Assembly: GCA_028130375.1 (NCBI GenBank) | Contig: GCA_028130375.1_3658.1 | DNA length: 64,000 nt | Origin: a phage | Direction: 5' to 3' (one strand) | Part shown: positions 27,656-36,769 of the stretch, piece after piece | Numbering within the stretch: position 1 is the first letter of the stretch | Layout of the letters: each line of letters opens with the position of its first letter | The notes under the pieces: generated by a model | Seen by the model: only the letters and a program-made list of their open reading frames with translations | Told to the model about the DNA's origin: nothing | Databases searched by the model: none | Program-made: the position numbers and the translations under genes

Positions 27656-27679
27656 AGGGGCTTAGGCCCCTTTCTTTTT
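27656..27679 (+). terminator. intrinsic terminator (GGGGC-TTAG-GCCCC, TTTCTTTTT)
   Basis: Closes the plus-strand arm. Confidence 0.55.
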
Positions 27680-28298
27680 GTCTGCTCTTCCCCCCTACCA
27701 TAAACGGCCCTACCTGGCAAGTGGAATAATTGACGAGCCATCAATCCCACACACTGTACAAATATACATGTAAAATAGCTATTGCATAACCTTTCATTGT
27801 GTGGTAGCGGTGCTATTTTTTACCCGTTTTCCTTCCAAAATTGCACGTAATGCAGTTATTGCACAAAATTTAACCTGATGCACATCTTCAATATCTTGTC
27901 AACAACTAAAAATCTTTATAAGTCATACACTTACACAAACCAAAGAGCGTGTTCTACGTGAAAAATCGAGTATAACTATAGCCGCCAGATCTCAGAATTT
28001 ACGTACGCTCGCCATTCTATAGCCTGCTAAGCATTTATTCCAACCATAGAATAACGGAATAGTCAATACCTGCATAAAATAATTATTCGTGTAAACTGCA
28101 TAACATAAATCAGCTTAGGTGTCAACATTTTTCGTAAACAGTCTGAAATTATCACGGTGAGTTATCATAAACAGAGAAATCTTTAGTCGTCTAATGTTTA
28201 CTGTACGTTACTATACTAACTGAAATCATTAGATGACTAATAGAAAGATAAGAAATAATTAACAATACAATTATTTTATCTGTAACAATAAGGCAACT

Positions 28299-28531
28299 AT
28301 GCAAACGAATGGCATGGCGCGACGGAGTCGCGACATAATATAAAAGCAGTAACCATCACCCCCGTGATAGTTTGTCTGCAAACTATTAATCAGATCATAG
28401 TTGCCTTGTATTTAGTTAATCATGACATAACAAGCAAGGCAACTATAGATCTTCTAATAGTTGCCCTGCTTTTATATTATGTCATAGATTATTAACTTGC
28501 TAATAGTTATCATGCAAACGAATGGCATGGC
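28299..28531. repeat. 20-bp direct repeat pair (ATGCAAACGAATGGCATGGC) flanking GGCAACTAT palindromes
   Basis: Exact copies at 28299-28318 and 28512-28531; AAGGCAACTATAG..CTAATAGTTGCCCT inverted repeats between them. Confidence 0.6.
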
Positions 28532-28544
28532 TTATCATTTCCAT

Positions 28545-28620
28545 GTAAACTGTCAAGGTGTAAACTATCCAGGCGTAAACAGTCTATGCGGGAACAATCT
28601 ATACGTGAACAGTGAAACAT
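28545..28620. repeat. iteron-like array (5 x GTAAAC(A/T)(A/G)TC-like units, about 15-bp period)
   Basis: GTAAACTGTCA, GTAAACTATCC, GTAAACAGTCT, GGAACAATCT, GTGAACAGTG in tandem. Confidence 0.55.
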
Positions 28621-29159
28621 GAAATAATAACAGTCGTTATTGTTCCATATTGTGTCATAGTATGTCACCATTATGTCTAAAGTGTCTAAGGTGTCAGACA
28701 AGTTTTTCTCCTCTTTGTCAAGTGCTGCATGAAAAATTTACAATCTTGTATGGTAGCATTTTTGCGGCCATGTTTACATTCAGCGATGTATGTATAAGCC
28801 TTGTTGTGTGGGCGTTTAGACGTCTAGACGGTTGGAAGTCCACAGGTCAATATCTAATCTATCGGCTGCTAACTATATCCCACACAAATAGTAATAAATA
28901 TAATTGTTATATGCGTAAACAGTAACTCATGTTATCAATCCCTGTATGTATCGCCAGTGGTGCGCATAATGGGTATTATGTTAAATTGCCCGTAATGATA
29001 ACAGTTCTCACAATGATAGGTATTCTCATTCATCCACACAAAATAGGTTGCAAATGTTGTGCCACTGTGTGAACGGCCTGGCCTATTAATTTCTCTCACT
29101 GCCTCGATATTTGAGAATTGTTATAAGAATGAGAAGTATTCCCATTCCGTCCGCCTGGC

Positions 29160-29470
29160 AGCGCTCCTGTAGGTCCTGCAAGGACTCTAGCTGAAAGCTA
29201 GACCCTTCGGGCCTCCCTGTAGGTCAGGTCAAAATCGTGGCAGAACTGAGCCTGTTCAGATATTTCTGGCTGACTCTTCAGGTCTGTGTGGGAAAAGCCA
29301 ACCTCTCCGGCGGGGCAGGGGGAGGTCAATTAAAAAATTTACGTGGTGTATGAAGCGCTCTTCAGGTAAGGCAGGTATTATGGGATGAAACCCTCTTCAG
29401 GCAATGATATTTGTGGGTGTGATATTTGCTGGAAAGCCAGATATGACGGGACTCCCGGCGGGGCAGGGGT
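29160..29470. repeat. degenerate repeat cluster (CCGGCGGGGCAGGGG x2, CTCTTCAGG x3, CCTGTAGGTC x2)
   Basis: Exact 15-mers at 29306-29320 and 29454-29468 plus short recurring words; no convincing ORF. Confidence 0.5.
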
Positions 29471-30165
29471 AGTACAGACAGGGAAAATATGAGAATGTAG
29501 TTGGGGAAATTGATCAGACAGGTAGAGTATGGAATATGTTACAAGTATGTTAAATATGGAGGTTGAATATCTGTAGGATTTGTGTGTAAAATCAAAGACT
29601 TAAGGGGTGTTGTGGTATTTTCTATAAATAATTCAAGTTTAATAGGCAATATTTGTCTCTATCCGCTTTGTGTGGTAAACAGATTCAGATTAGATTGGTT
29701 TACAAGTGTATACATAATATACAAATTAAAGATACAAGAAACCCCCCTCCCCCCTTCGGCTACCATTCACCTTTTCCTCTGACTGGTACTTAAACACTTA
29801 TTCAGACTCTTCAGGTTATCACCCATATATCATATGGCAGTGACTGGTGTCCTCCGGCCCCTCTTTCGTCACCCGTCCGCTTCGCCATGCTAATGCCATA
29901 GCTAATGGTTCGGTTGTTCACCCTGTTCACTCAGGTGTATCTCTATACCCCTTCAAACCGAAGAGAACAGAAAACCCGAATTACTCGGTAAAAGAAAAGA
30001 GAAGAACTTAATTTTATCAGGATAGGCAAGAATGTCAAGGCATGACTGCTCACTAAACAAGCAAACAGTCATGTGTGGGAGGTAAGTGATTGTGGTGGTA
30101 GGAAATTTAGTTGAAAGATGTGTTATAGGTGCTTCCAGCACTTTAGCCGGGCAGCTAATTGTGTG

Positions 30166-30381
30166 TCAGTCCAGCGGTTCATCCTCTACTTCACTGAAAT
30201 CAATGTTCATGGTCTCTTCCCAACCATCGATCTCAGCACAAGAGTGGAGTTCTTTAGGGTTTACTCCCAAAGCCTCAGCAACAGAGTCTATATTTAACAC
30301 CTCTGGCAGGTATGATTCATCGAATTCAAGGTAAATCAGGCCACGAGTGTTGTCAGCTCCACCAAATATCTCTATCTTCAT
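30166..30381 (-). CDS. hypothetical protein
   Basis: 71 aa acidic ORF. Confidence 0.45.
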   Translation of the reverse strand: MKIEIFGGADNTRGLIYLEFDESYLPEVLNIDSVAEALGVNPKELHSCAEIDGWEETMNIDFSEVEDEPLD

Positions 30382-30502
30382 AAAATCTCCTCTGGGAATG
30401 AAAGTGTGAACAGGGTTTTATACGTTCTAATGCACAGGAATTATACACGTTTGCCTCTTCAGGCCATGCTTTAGCATGAGGAACCTGTGTGGGCTCGGTG
30501 CT

Positions 30503-30715
30503 TCATAGTCTACCACCTCTGAACTCTTCGTGCTCAGGCATAATAGAGAACCAGATATCTACGATGTCCTCCCACGTCAGGTCATCAGCCTCAGGATCTG
30601 TCTGGGACGAAGATGAAGAGTCCTCAGAATCTAAGTTTTCCTCTTTAACTGGCTCATCCAAGGGACATATGGTCACTCCTTCGGATGTCTCTTCAGATGC
30701 ATGTGTGTTGATCAT
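30503..30715 (-). CDS. hypothetical acidic protein
   Basis: 70 aa ORF. Confidence 0.45.
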   Translation of the reverse strand: MINTHASEETSEGVTICPLDEPVKEENLDSEDSSSSSQTDPEADDLTWEDIVDIWFSIMPEHEEFRGGRL

Positions 30716-30813
30716 GTTCCACCCGTGAGTATTCCGGCAACAGCCGCTATGGAAGTAATGATCATCAGGATCACCACTAAAACTTCAGACAATGTTCTCA
30801 TTGTGTATTCCAT
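30712..30813 (-). CDS. small hydrophobic peptide (33 aa)
   Basis: Not in the track; SD GGAG; stop overlaps next start (ATGA); MEYTMRTLSEVLVVILMIITSIAAVAGILTGGT. Confidence 0.3.
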   Translation of the reverse strand: MEYTMRTLSEVLVVILMIITSIAAVAGILTGGT

Positions 30814-30833
30814 ATTCTCCAAACTGTGTGTGG

Positions 30834-30862
30834 ATACTATCACGGGAGCGGTAATGTGTCAA
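30834..30862 (-). promoter_or_regulatory. sigma70-like promoter on minus strand (TTGACA-17-TAGTAT)
   Basis: TGTCAA at 30857-30862, ATACTA at 30834-30839 on the plus strand. Confidence 0.45.
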
Positions 30863-31020
30863 CAGAAACGCCGCGAGGGTTTGGTTAAAATCCGAGCGTA
30901 TGGTGATTTGGGTCAAAACGGACGTGCGTTCTCGCTACGCTCGAAAGAGAGATTTGTTTGTAGGAAGCTCTTAAACGCTCTGTAATGAGATTATCTGTCC
31001 AAGGTATGCAATCGTGCACC

Positions 31021-31050
31021 AGATAAAGAAAAGGACGCCACAGAGCGTCC
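31021..31050 (-). terminator. intrinsic terminator (minus strand)
   Basis: GGACGC..GCGTCC hairpin followed on the minus strand by TTTTCTTTATCT. Confidence 0.5.
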
Positions 31051-31075
31051 TAGGTGTCTTAAATTTGATATTTTG

Positions 31076-31387
31076 CTATACCCATGAGGGCTTATCAAGG
31101 TTGGAGTAGCTGAAAGGTGTCAAAAGGTGACTGTCAAAATCTCTCAAACTATCTAAATCTTTTTCCTCGTCCTGACACCATCTGTGCCTACATTTATTGT
31201 TGTAGTGCATAGAATGCATAGCGTTCTGCAATTTAACAGGCACAAGTGATTCAGGAGTAGATAGTATTGTTGGGTATGCCAGAACCACCTCAAACAGTGG
31301 AAACACATCGAAACTAAAGTCTACCTCTGCAGAGGTTGATGGCATGTAAGAGTATTTAGCCGCCTTTGTAGACATAATCCACCTCAC
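31076..31387 (-). CDS. hypothetical protein
   Basis: 103 aa ORF. Confidence 0.5.
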   Translation of the reverse strand: MRWIMSTKAAKYSYMPSTSAEVDFSFDVFPLFEVVLAYPTILSTPESLVPVKLQNAMHSMHYNNKCRHRWCQDEEKDLDSLRDFDSHLLTPFSYSNLDKPSWV

Positions 31388-31710
31388 ACAGGTTTGATAA
31401 TACCTTTACCGAATAACTCTTCGTATCTAATCTTATCCGGATCCCACTCCTGGATAATTTCGAAGACAATATCCAACCCTGGGATAATCACTTCTCCAGT
31501 GTCGAGCTTAGCAAGAACAAAACCGGAAGGTTGAATGGTTTCCCAGTTGCGCCGATTGGAATAGAAGACCTCGAAAATATCGCCGACCTTTATCTGTTGA
31601 TCAAGATGTTCAAGATTCTCTTTCATATAGACGCAGCGGATTTTTCGTGCAGGCCATAGACCACCTGCATCACGTTCATTTAGCTCTTTTACAGTGATTG
31701 GTATACCCAT
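31384..31710 (-). CDS. hypothetical protein
   Basis: 108 aa ORF; ATGA coupling. Confidence 0.5.
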   Translation of the reverse strand: MGIPITVKELNERDAGGLWPARKIRCVYMKENLEHLDQQIKVGDIFEVFYSNRRNWETIQPSGFVLAKLDTGEVIIPGLDIVFEIIQEWDPDKIRYEELFGKGIIKPV

Positions 31711-31730
31711 CTCAAATCTCCTTCATAGAT

Positions 31731-31756
31731 AGTAAAAAGAGGGGCCCAAGCCCCTC
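31731..31756 (-). terminator. intrinsic terminator (GAGGGGC-loop-GCCCCTC, T-tract on minus strand)
   Basis: Hairpin 31739-31756 preceded on the plus strand by AGTAAAAA. Confidence 0.5.
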
Positions 31757-31765
31757 TCTTTGTCA

Positions 31766-32071
31766 TTATTCTACAGAGCGTTTGAACAGAATGTCTGCCT
31801 CAGACATGTGCTCAACCTCTTCTTCGATTTTAGCGCGACGTTTTTCAGCCTCATAGCGAATATCGAACTCGGTAGCCACCAGAGATTTGATGAATTTAGG
31901 AGAATACAGGTGATCCTGCTTCTCAACGAGAATGATATCCTTAATGGCATCTTTCAGATCTTTAATCTGAAGTTGGAGTTCTACCAGTTCTTCGATTGTT
32001 TTGCGAAGGCGATCACGCTCTGCAGTGTCAGAAGGAAGAGAGGTGAACAGTTCAACTTTAGATTTAGCCAT
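31766..32071 (-). CDS. hypothetical coiled-coil protein
   Basis: 101 aa, charged helical composition. Confidence 0.5.
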   Translation of the reverse strand: MAKSKVELFTSLPSDTAERDRLRKTIEELVELQLQIKDLKDAIKDIILVEKQDHLYSPKFIKSLVATEFDIRYEAEKRRAKIEEEVEHMSEADILFKRSVE

Positions 32072-32099
32072 AGTAAGAGTCTCCTTATGTTGTTTTAAA

Positions 32100-32351
32100 T
32101 TAACGTTCTACAAAAATACCGTTCAGTTCAATAACCAGGAATTTCTGGTCTTCACTATCGTCTCGTGCCAGCACCTCACAGACGTATCGGTCATCCCCAT
32201 CATCATCGCAGTCAAATACAAGACTGAGGACTTTATCATGGTAAACCTTCGCCACTACCGCCTCGTAAGTATTGCCGATTGTGAATCCAAGATAATCTCC
32301 GATGCATTTGACAACAACATGGTCTCCAGCATTTAAGTCAATCTTCGTCAT
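32100..32351 (-). CDS. hypothetical protein
   Basis: ATG 32351 behind AAGGAG chosen over TTG 32417. Confidence 0.5.
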   Translation of the reverse strand: MTKIDLNAGDHVVVKCIGDYLGFTIGNTYEAVVAKVYHDKVLSLVFDCDDDGDDRYVCEVLARDDSEDQKFLVIELNGIFVER

Positions 32352-32478
32352 TACTGCGCTCCTTGGGTAATAATACTGTATGTAAAACTTTAACCAGAGA
32401 TGTGAATAACGCCCCAAAACACACCGATAGCGCTAAAACAGACAAGGCCATCATTAAAGCTTCAGTAAAATCAGTCAT
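32338..32478 (-). CDS. small hydrophobic peptide (46 aa)
   Basis: Not in the track; RBS AAGAGGTGAGGA; MTDFTEALMMALSVLALSVCFGALFTSLVKVL.. Confidence 0.3.
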   Translation of the reverse strand: MTDFTEALMMALSVLALSVCFGALFTSLVKVLHTVLLPKERSNDED

Positions 32479-32506
32479 TCCTCACCTCTTGTTAGTCACT
32501 ATACTA

Positions 32507-32770
32507 TCATTTATCCTTGTCGTCAAGAACTTTTTTAAATCTTTCAGGGATATCTCCCGTTCTTAGATAGTTCATGACCTCGCAAGGTTCCCACTTGAAT
32601 TTCTTACAGAGCAGGGCGGCTGAGATTGTTTCATTGCGAAAAGAAAGGATATTAATATCCCACTCTGAGAACCCCAACTTCCGAAGGGTAGCTACAGAAA
32701 TCCTCACCGCAACCCAGCAGCAAAAACATGCAACAAACGCCACTGCTACAACCCACATCAGGATGTTCAT
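32507..32770 (-). CDS. putative membrane protein
   Basis: 87 aa; N-terminal hydrophobic ..MWVVAVAFVACFCCWVAV..; RBS AAGGTG. Confidence 0.5.
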   Translation of the reverse strand: MNILMWVVAVAFVACFCCWVAVRISVATLRKLGFSEWDINILSFRNETISAALLCKKFKWEPCEVMNYLRTGDIPERFKKVLDDKDK

Positions 32771-32779
32771 ATAAGCACC

Positions 32780-32863
32780 TTACTGAAATACAAGACACAG
32801 TGTTAAGGTTACTGACCAGCAAATAATTAACAGTGCCGTTGCAACCTTGGCAAGATTTATCAT
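32780..32863 (-). CDS. small hydrophobic peptide (27 aa)
   Basis: ATGA overlap with upstream stop; MINLAKVATALLIICWSVTLTLCLVFQ. Confidence 0.25.
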   Translation of the reverse strand: MINLAKVATALLIICWSVTLTLCLVFQ

Positions 32864-33147
32864 AGTGCCTCTAAGATTTCATATCCTTCGGGTCGGAATA
32901 CAAGCCACTCCGTGGCTCCGTTTGGTCGATACGCTTTATACAGAACAACCTGGTCTCGGCACATGCACATGGCTACATAGTTTTCATCCACACCTGCAGC
33001 CTGCATTGCATCTTCTTCTCCGGCAACTGCTTTGCTTACAACTTCCTTGGTAGGCAGGTGTGCGATCAGCTCGTCACCATCATTAATTCCAAAATGGCTG
33101 AGTTCGCCGTTGGTATCTTTAATCTTAATCTTAACCAGATCTTTCAT
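32860..33147 (-). CDS. hypothetical protein
   Basis: 95 aa ORF. Confidence 0.5.
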   Translation of the reverse strand: MKDLVKIKIKDTNGELSHFGINDGDELIAHLPTKEVVSKAVAGEEDAMQAAGVDENYVAMCMCRDQVVLYKAYRPNGATEWLVFRPEGYEILEAL

Positions 33148-33476
33148 TAGTCTTCCCCCAGGTTCAAAGGTCCTAAGATTTCATATGCCAGATTAGAAGT
33201 TACAAGAGGGTCTTCTGCGTCTTTAGTATTATACCACCCGTGAATAACCAGAGCCCCACTTTGTTTCATGTCCAACTGGAACTCTTCTGCCGTTTCCTCA
33301 TCCAGCTCCAAGATTTCCATAAGGTATTTGATGTTAGGGAGGTATGCAGCTGTTACAGTCCCCTCTACCAGACCTTCAGGCCAACCTACATCTGGATGAC
33401 AAGTAGGAACCAGGTTGGTCAGCTTAATGGTGTACGCTTTTTCTGCACGAGCCTTCAGTAACGGGTCAATCTTCAT
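33147..33476 (-). CDS. hypothetical protein
   Basis: 109 aa ORF. Confidence 0.5.
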   Translation of the reverse strand: MKIDPLLKARAEKAYTIKLTNLVPTCHPDVGWPEGLVEGTVTAAYLPNIKYLMEILELDEETAEEFQLDMKQSGALVIHGWYNTKDAEDPLVTSNLAYEILGPLNLGED

Positions 33477-33826
33477 TATTCGTCCTCCTCTTCGGTACCT
33501 GCTTCCAGTAATAAGTTAAGAATATCTTCTGCACAAGGTTCATAGAACTCTTGGCCTTCATTATCGATGATTTTGTAGTCATCTCCACGAATAATCAGGG
33601 GATCACTCTCAAAATTATCGAGACCTTTAACAACGACAACACGATCGATTGCCATCATTGTAAGAACTTTATCGACATCTTCCTCTGCTACACCATACTG
33701 CAGCAGAATGTCTTTGGTAGGAGGAACAGCATCCACCACAACGCCGTTACCAAAACCTTCTGGAAGTTTAGCTAAAATATCTTCCGGAACCACATTCACA
33801 TCAAAACCGGTAATTTCTACTTTCAT
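33476..33826 (-). CDS. hypothetical acidic protein
   Basis: 116 aa ORF. Confidence 0.5.
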   Translation of the reverse strand: MKVEITGFDVNVVPEDILAKLPEGFGNGVVVDAVPPTKDILLQYGVAEEDVDKVLTMMAIDRVVVVKGLDNFESDPLIIRGDDYKIIDNEGQEFYEPCAEDILNLLLEAGTEEEDE

Positions 33827-34087
33827 TTACAGCACCTCTTCGTCAACTACTTCATAAAAATGGCCTGGGATTGCAATAGCGTTCTCACCTTCACCTACAA
33901 ACACAGTTCCGTCAAGAATCAACATCATAAGAATTTCTGTAATATCCTCTTCCGGAACGTTGCCAAAACCTTTAATCAGCTCGTAGGTTGGAATATTTAC
34001 CTCTAAGATGTCACCATCTTTAGAACGGAAATCAACACCGTCCTGAATCTCTGCCGTTTCAAGGTTTTTCAATTTAATCTTCATCAA
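33827..34087 (-). CDS. hypothetical protein
   Basis: 86 aa ORF. Confidence 0.5.
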   Translation of the reverse strand: MMKIKLKNLETAEIQDGVDFRSKDGDILEVNIPTYELIKGFGNVPEEDITEILMMLILDGTVFVGEGENAIAIPGHFYEVVDEEVL

Positions 34088-34163
34088 TCGGTCCCCTGTC
34101 TTGTTAAGATGAAGGTATTATTTCACACAGGGTTGGCGTTGTCAACACCTGTGTGCAAGAAAA

Positions 34164-34559
34164 TTACTGAAACAGTGCGGATAAATTACCTTCTGGTGGG
34201 AACTTATCTGCCAAAAACGGTGTTAGCACAGTAGCCTTCTGAAGATCTGGGGTCCACTCGTTGTTCAGAACATCCCAGTAGTACGCAATGTTGCTGTGTG
34301 GGTGCCGCATTACGAACTTTTTCCCTTCGTAGTCATCTGAAACCTCTACAGAAGAAATAACAACAGAATCTTCAAGGGTTTCTTCATAGAAAGATCCACC
34401 TTCAAATTTCCAACGAGATGCAAGAGCCCCTGCCTTGAACGCTGCAGATAACGGACTGTCGGCAAGAACATACATTTCTTGCACTCTGTCGCTGCGATCT
34501 TTGCTTCTTACGTTGTATACAGTATCTGAGCTATACTCAACACGGTATAGGCTTACCAT
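34164..34559 (-). CDS. hypothetical protein (paralogue of 36371-36769)
   Basis: Shares ..(V/R)HP(D/H)S..YW....(T/E)WTP.. with 36371-36769. Confidence 0.5.
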   Translation of the reverse strand: MVSLYRVEYSSDTVYNVRSKDRSDRVQEMYVLADSPLSAAFKAGALASRWKFEGGSFYEETLEDSVVISSVEVSDDYEGKKFVMRHPHSNIAYYWDVLNNEWTPDLQKATVLTPFLADKFPPEGNLSALFQ

Positions 34560-34891
34560 TACCGCACCTCCTCAATAACTTCCACATCTGAACCTACCAC
34601 AAATGCAAAAGGACAGGTTTCATGAAAGATATCCGGATCGCCGCCAAGCTTGCTAACAATTTCTCCACCACTAATAAACACAAGCTCACCGATATTCATC
34701 AGATTGCTGAAATAGTACCCATAATGATTAAAGAATGCAGCAGGGTCAGGTAGACTAGTAGCCTCAAGCACTACATCGGTTGAGGTTACTTTCTTATCAT
34801 AACCTCTCGCCTTTTGAGATGCAAGATCTGCAGAATCCTCAGGCGACCGGAGATGCATAGGAATTGTTTCACCAATAAAGCGTACTTTCAT
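34559..34891 (-). CDS. hypothetical protein, MKVK-type small paralogue family
   Basis: ATG 34891 (MKVRFIG..) chosen over TTG 34918; C-terminal ..FVVGSDVEVIEE.. resembles 36782-37036. Confidence 0.45.
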   Translation of the reverse strand: MKVRFIGETIPMHLRSPEDSADLASQKARGYDKKVTSTDVVLEATSLPDPAAFFNHYGYYFSNLMNIGELVFISGGEIVSKLGGDPDIFHETCPFAFVVGSDVEVIEEVR

Positions 34892-34895
34892 ATTA

Positions 34896-35159
34896 TCACC
34901 CAACAACCATAGCTTCAAAAGGAGTCATGAACGAATAAACGGCATCATCATCTGCTTCAGGGAATGCTCCCAAAGACTTCATATCTGAGCCCTTGACAAA
35001 TACAAGGTTTTGATCAAAGGCTTCTTGGGGGTCAATCCGATACATATTTCGTAAAATATCGCTTACCTCCTCATCAAGAGGTGAGTATGCTGTGCACGTT
35101 TTTCCGATCAAGCTTTGAGAATCAGGGTATCCACCTGAAGTTTTAAAATAAACAATCAT
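34896..35159 (-). CDS. hypothetical protein
   Basis: 87 aa ORF. Confidence 0.45.
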   Translation of the reverse strand: MIVYFKTSGGYPDSQSLIGKTCTAYSPLDEEVSDILRNMYRIDPQEAFDQNLVFVKGSDMKSLGAFPEADDDAVYSFMTPFEAMVVG

Positions 35160-35250
35160 ATAGTATCACCTCTGGTAAGAGATTGGGACTCCTTTCCCAC
35201 AAATAATTACAAATCTTCCTTAGCGAGGAAGTATGCTAATCCAAGCAGGA

Positions 35251-35520
35251 TTATTCCTCTACAATCTCATACACATCAGGAGTTACAATCAACTCTTCTC
35301 CGTTACCCGGTGCAACAAACACCACCAAACCTTCAGGTGTGTGCTTTTTAGCCATCTCGATAACATCTTCTCGCAGAGCTGGCTCCATCAGATCAAAACC
35401 TTCACCTAGGGCATCACGAACCACCTTCATATAGTCCACTGGTTGTGCTTCAACAATCATGCCTTCAACCAGTCCACAATTTTTGTCTGCCAGCTCAGTT
35501 TGGAATAATTTAATTTTCAT
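35251..35520 (-). CDS. hypothetical protein
   Basis: 89 aa ORF. Confidence 0.5.
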   Translation of the reverse strand: MKIKLFQTELADKNCGLVEGMIVEAQPVDYMKVVRDALGEGFDLMEPALREDVIEMAKKHTPEGLVVFVAPGNGEELIVTPDVYEIVEE

Positions 35521-35546
35521 TTAGAGGTCTCCTCAATTATTTGATA

Positions 35547-35648
35547 TTAATAGCCGTAACCTAACACATTAACTACAACTGCGATTGCAAACATAATTTC
35601 AAAGCATGCAATCTCTACATTTGGGACTAATTTCTTAATCACACCCAT
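35547..35648 (-). CDS. small hydrophobic peptide (33 aa)
   Basis: Not in the track; RBS GGAGAATGAGGTG; MGVIKKLVPNVEIACFEIMFAIAVVVNVLGYGY. Confidence 0.3.
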   Translation of the reverse strand: MGVIKKLVPNVEIACFEIMFAIAVVVNVLGYGY

Positions 35649-35657
35649 TGTAGCACC

Positions 35658-35978
35658 TCATTCTCCAAAGTCAATCTTTACTTTGCCTTTCCCCTTACCT
35701 TTCTTTCCACCGCATTTAGCCAGCTGACGTGCTGCAACATCTACCATACGGTCAGTTGCCTCGTAAGCATCACTGCCTTTAGCCTTGGCAATAACTTCTT
35801 TTCCAGAATTGTCAAAAATGAACGCCATAACTTCCTGGTGATCATTTTCAACTTTTACACTCACACGTGCATAGTTAACAGAGGGATGTAAACGCTCCAG
35901 CTTGGACATTTTGCGGGAAATAAAAGATACCATACCTTCTGTGATTTCTACATTGTTGCCAGTGATTTCAATTTGCAT
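35658..35978 (-). CDS. hpf: ribosome hibernation promoting factor / RaiA (S30AE family) homologue
   Basis: 106 aa; MQIEITGNNVEITEGMVSFISRKMSKLERL.. closely parallels bacterial HPF (MQLNITGNNVEIT..AKLEQ..) and ..AARQLAK.. matches ..LARQLTK..; own promoter and RBS. Confidence 0.8.
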   Translation of the reverse strand: MQIEITGNNVEITEGMVSFISRKMSKLERLHPSVNYARVSVKVENDHQEVMAFIFDNSGKEVIAKAKGSDAYEATDRMVDVAARQLAKCGGKKGKGKGKVKIDFGE

Positions 35979-36027
35979 AACGTGTTCCTTTTAAGGAAGA
36001 GGGAATAACTATCTCTCTTTGAAAACA

Positions 36028-36056
36028 ATGATACTAAATCTGAAGCGTTGTGTCAA
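36028..36056 (-). promoter_or_regulatory. sigma70-like promoter on minus strand (TTGACA-17-TATCAT) upstream of hpf
   Basis: TGTCAA at 36051-36056 and ATGATA at 36028-36033 on the plus strand. Confidence 0.5.
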
Positions 36057-36062
36057 CAGTTT

Positions 36063-36353
36063 TTACAGCTTGTTGTCGATAGTTTTTAAAATATCCACAG
36101 CAAGATCTGCCATTTTTCGAACATACTCTGCAAACTCAACAGGATCCTTGATCAAAGAATTCACAGGGTCGTACCCTAGAGCGTTTAAAATGGCTGCAGC
36201 ATCTACAACCTTCTCATCATTTGCGAAGATCTCTCCGTCAAACTTGTAGGTCCATTTCGAGTCAACCTTAGCAGAGCAGGGTTTGTCCATGCTTGTTACA
36301 CTATCGTCTTTAAACTCTCCTGCGTTATCAATATTTAGAATTAAATCCATCAT
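36063..36353 (-). CDS. hypothetical protein
   Basis: 96 aa ORF. Confidence 0.5.
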   Translation of the reverse strand: MMDLILNIDNAGEFKDDSVTSMDKPCSAKVDSKWTYKFDGEIFANDEKVVDAAAILNALGYDPVNSLIKDPVEFAEYVRKMADLAVDILKTIDNKL

Positions 36354-36370
36354 GGTGACACCTCACTGTT

Positions 36371-36769
36371 TCAGTTTAGCTTTTCTTCAACAACCCCATA
36401 ACTTGGGGCAGAGTCAAGAGCTTTCTGGTTTAAAAGTGGCGTAGCAGAATCTGCAAACGGTGTCCAAGTTTTTGTTCTGGCATTCCAGTAATGCTTCACT
36501 CTGGAATCTGGATGCACTATAACAAAAACTTTTTCACTTGTCAACACATTAATTTCTTCTACACCCTTGCTGATAATTTCTCCGTCATAGCCCCCAGTCT
36601 GGTATCCTTCGTACCAGGTTCTTGCATAGGCATAGCCAGCCTGCCAGCATGCAGCCTCCTCCGAGGTGGAGACTACGTAGAAGTCTTTCTCAAATTCTGG
36701 AACACGCCCTTGCTTTACGCTCCAAGCCCCGCGAATTTTCATTGTAACTTTAAACAGTTTATTTTTCAC
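36371..36769 (-). CDS. hypothetical protein (paralogue of 34164-34559)
   Basis: 132 aa; ..VHPDSRVKHYWNARTKTWTPF.. Confidence 0.5.
   Translation of the reverse strand: MKNKLFKVTMKIRGAWSVKQGRVPEFEKDFYVVSTSEEAACWQAGYAYARTWYEGYQTGGYDGEIISKGVEEINVLTSEKVFVIVHPDSRVKHYWNARTKTWTPFADSATPLLNQKALDSAPSYGVVEEKLN

Noticed and set aside
28250-28700. Possible CRISPR array suggested by clustered short repeats
   Set aside because: Repeat units are short (about 10-20 bp), degenerate, in mixed orientation and irregularly spaced; no cas genes. It fits iterons or operators better.
27680-30165. tRNA genes in the large non-coding region (and in 16.5-17.45 kb)
   Set aside because: I found no GTTCGAATC-type T-loop, no plausible cloverleaf with CCA-compatible acceptor stem, and no 70-90-nt unit with tRNA spacing. 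Only a dedicated tRNA scan could fully exclude them.
30086-30985. Plus-strand ORFs at the edge of the minus-strand arm (30086-30334, 30489-30728, 30701-30985)
   Set aside because: They are antisense to minus-strand genes or lie in the promoter region, have Ser-rich low-complexity products and no RBS.
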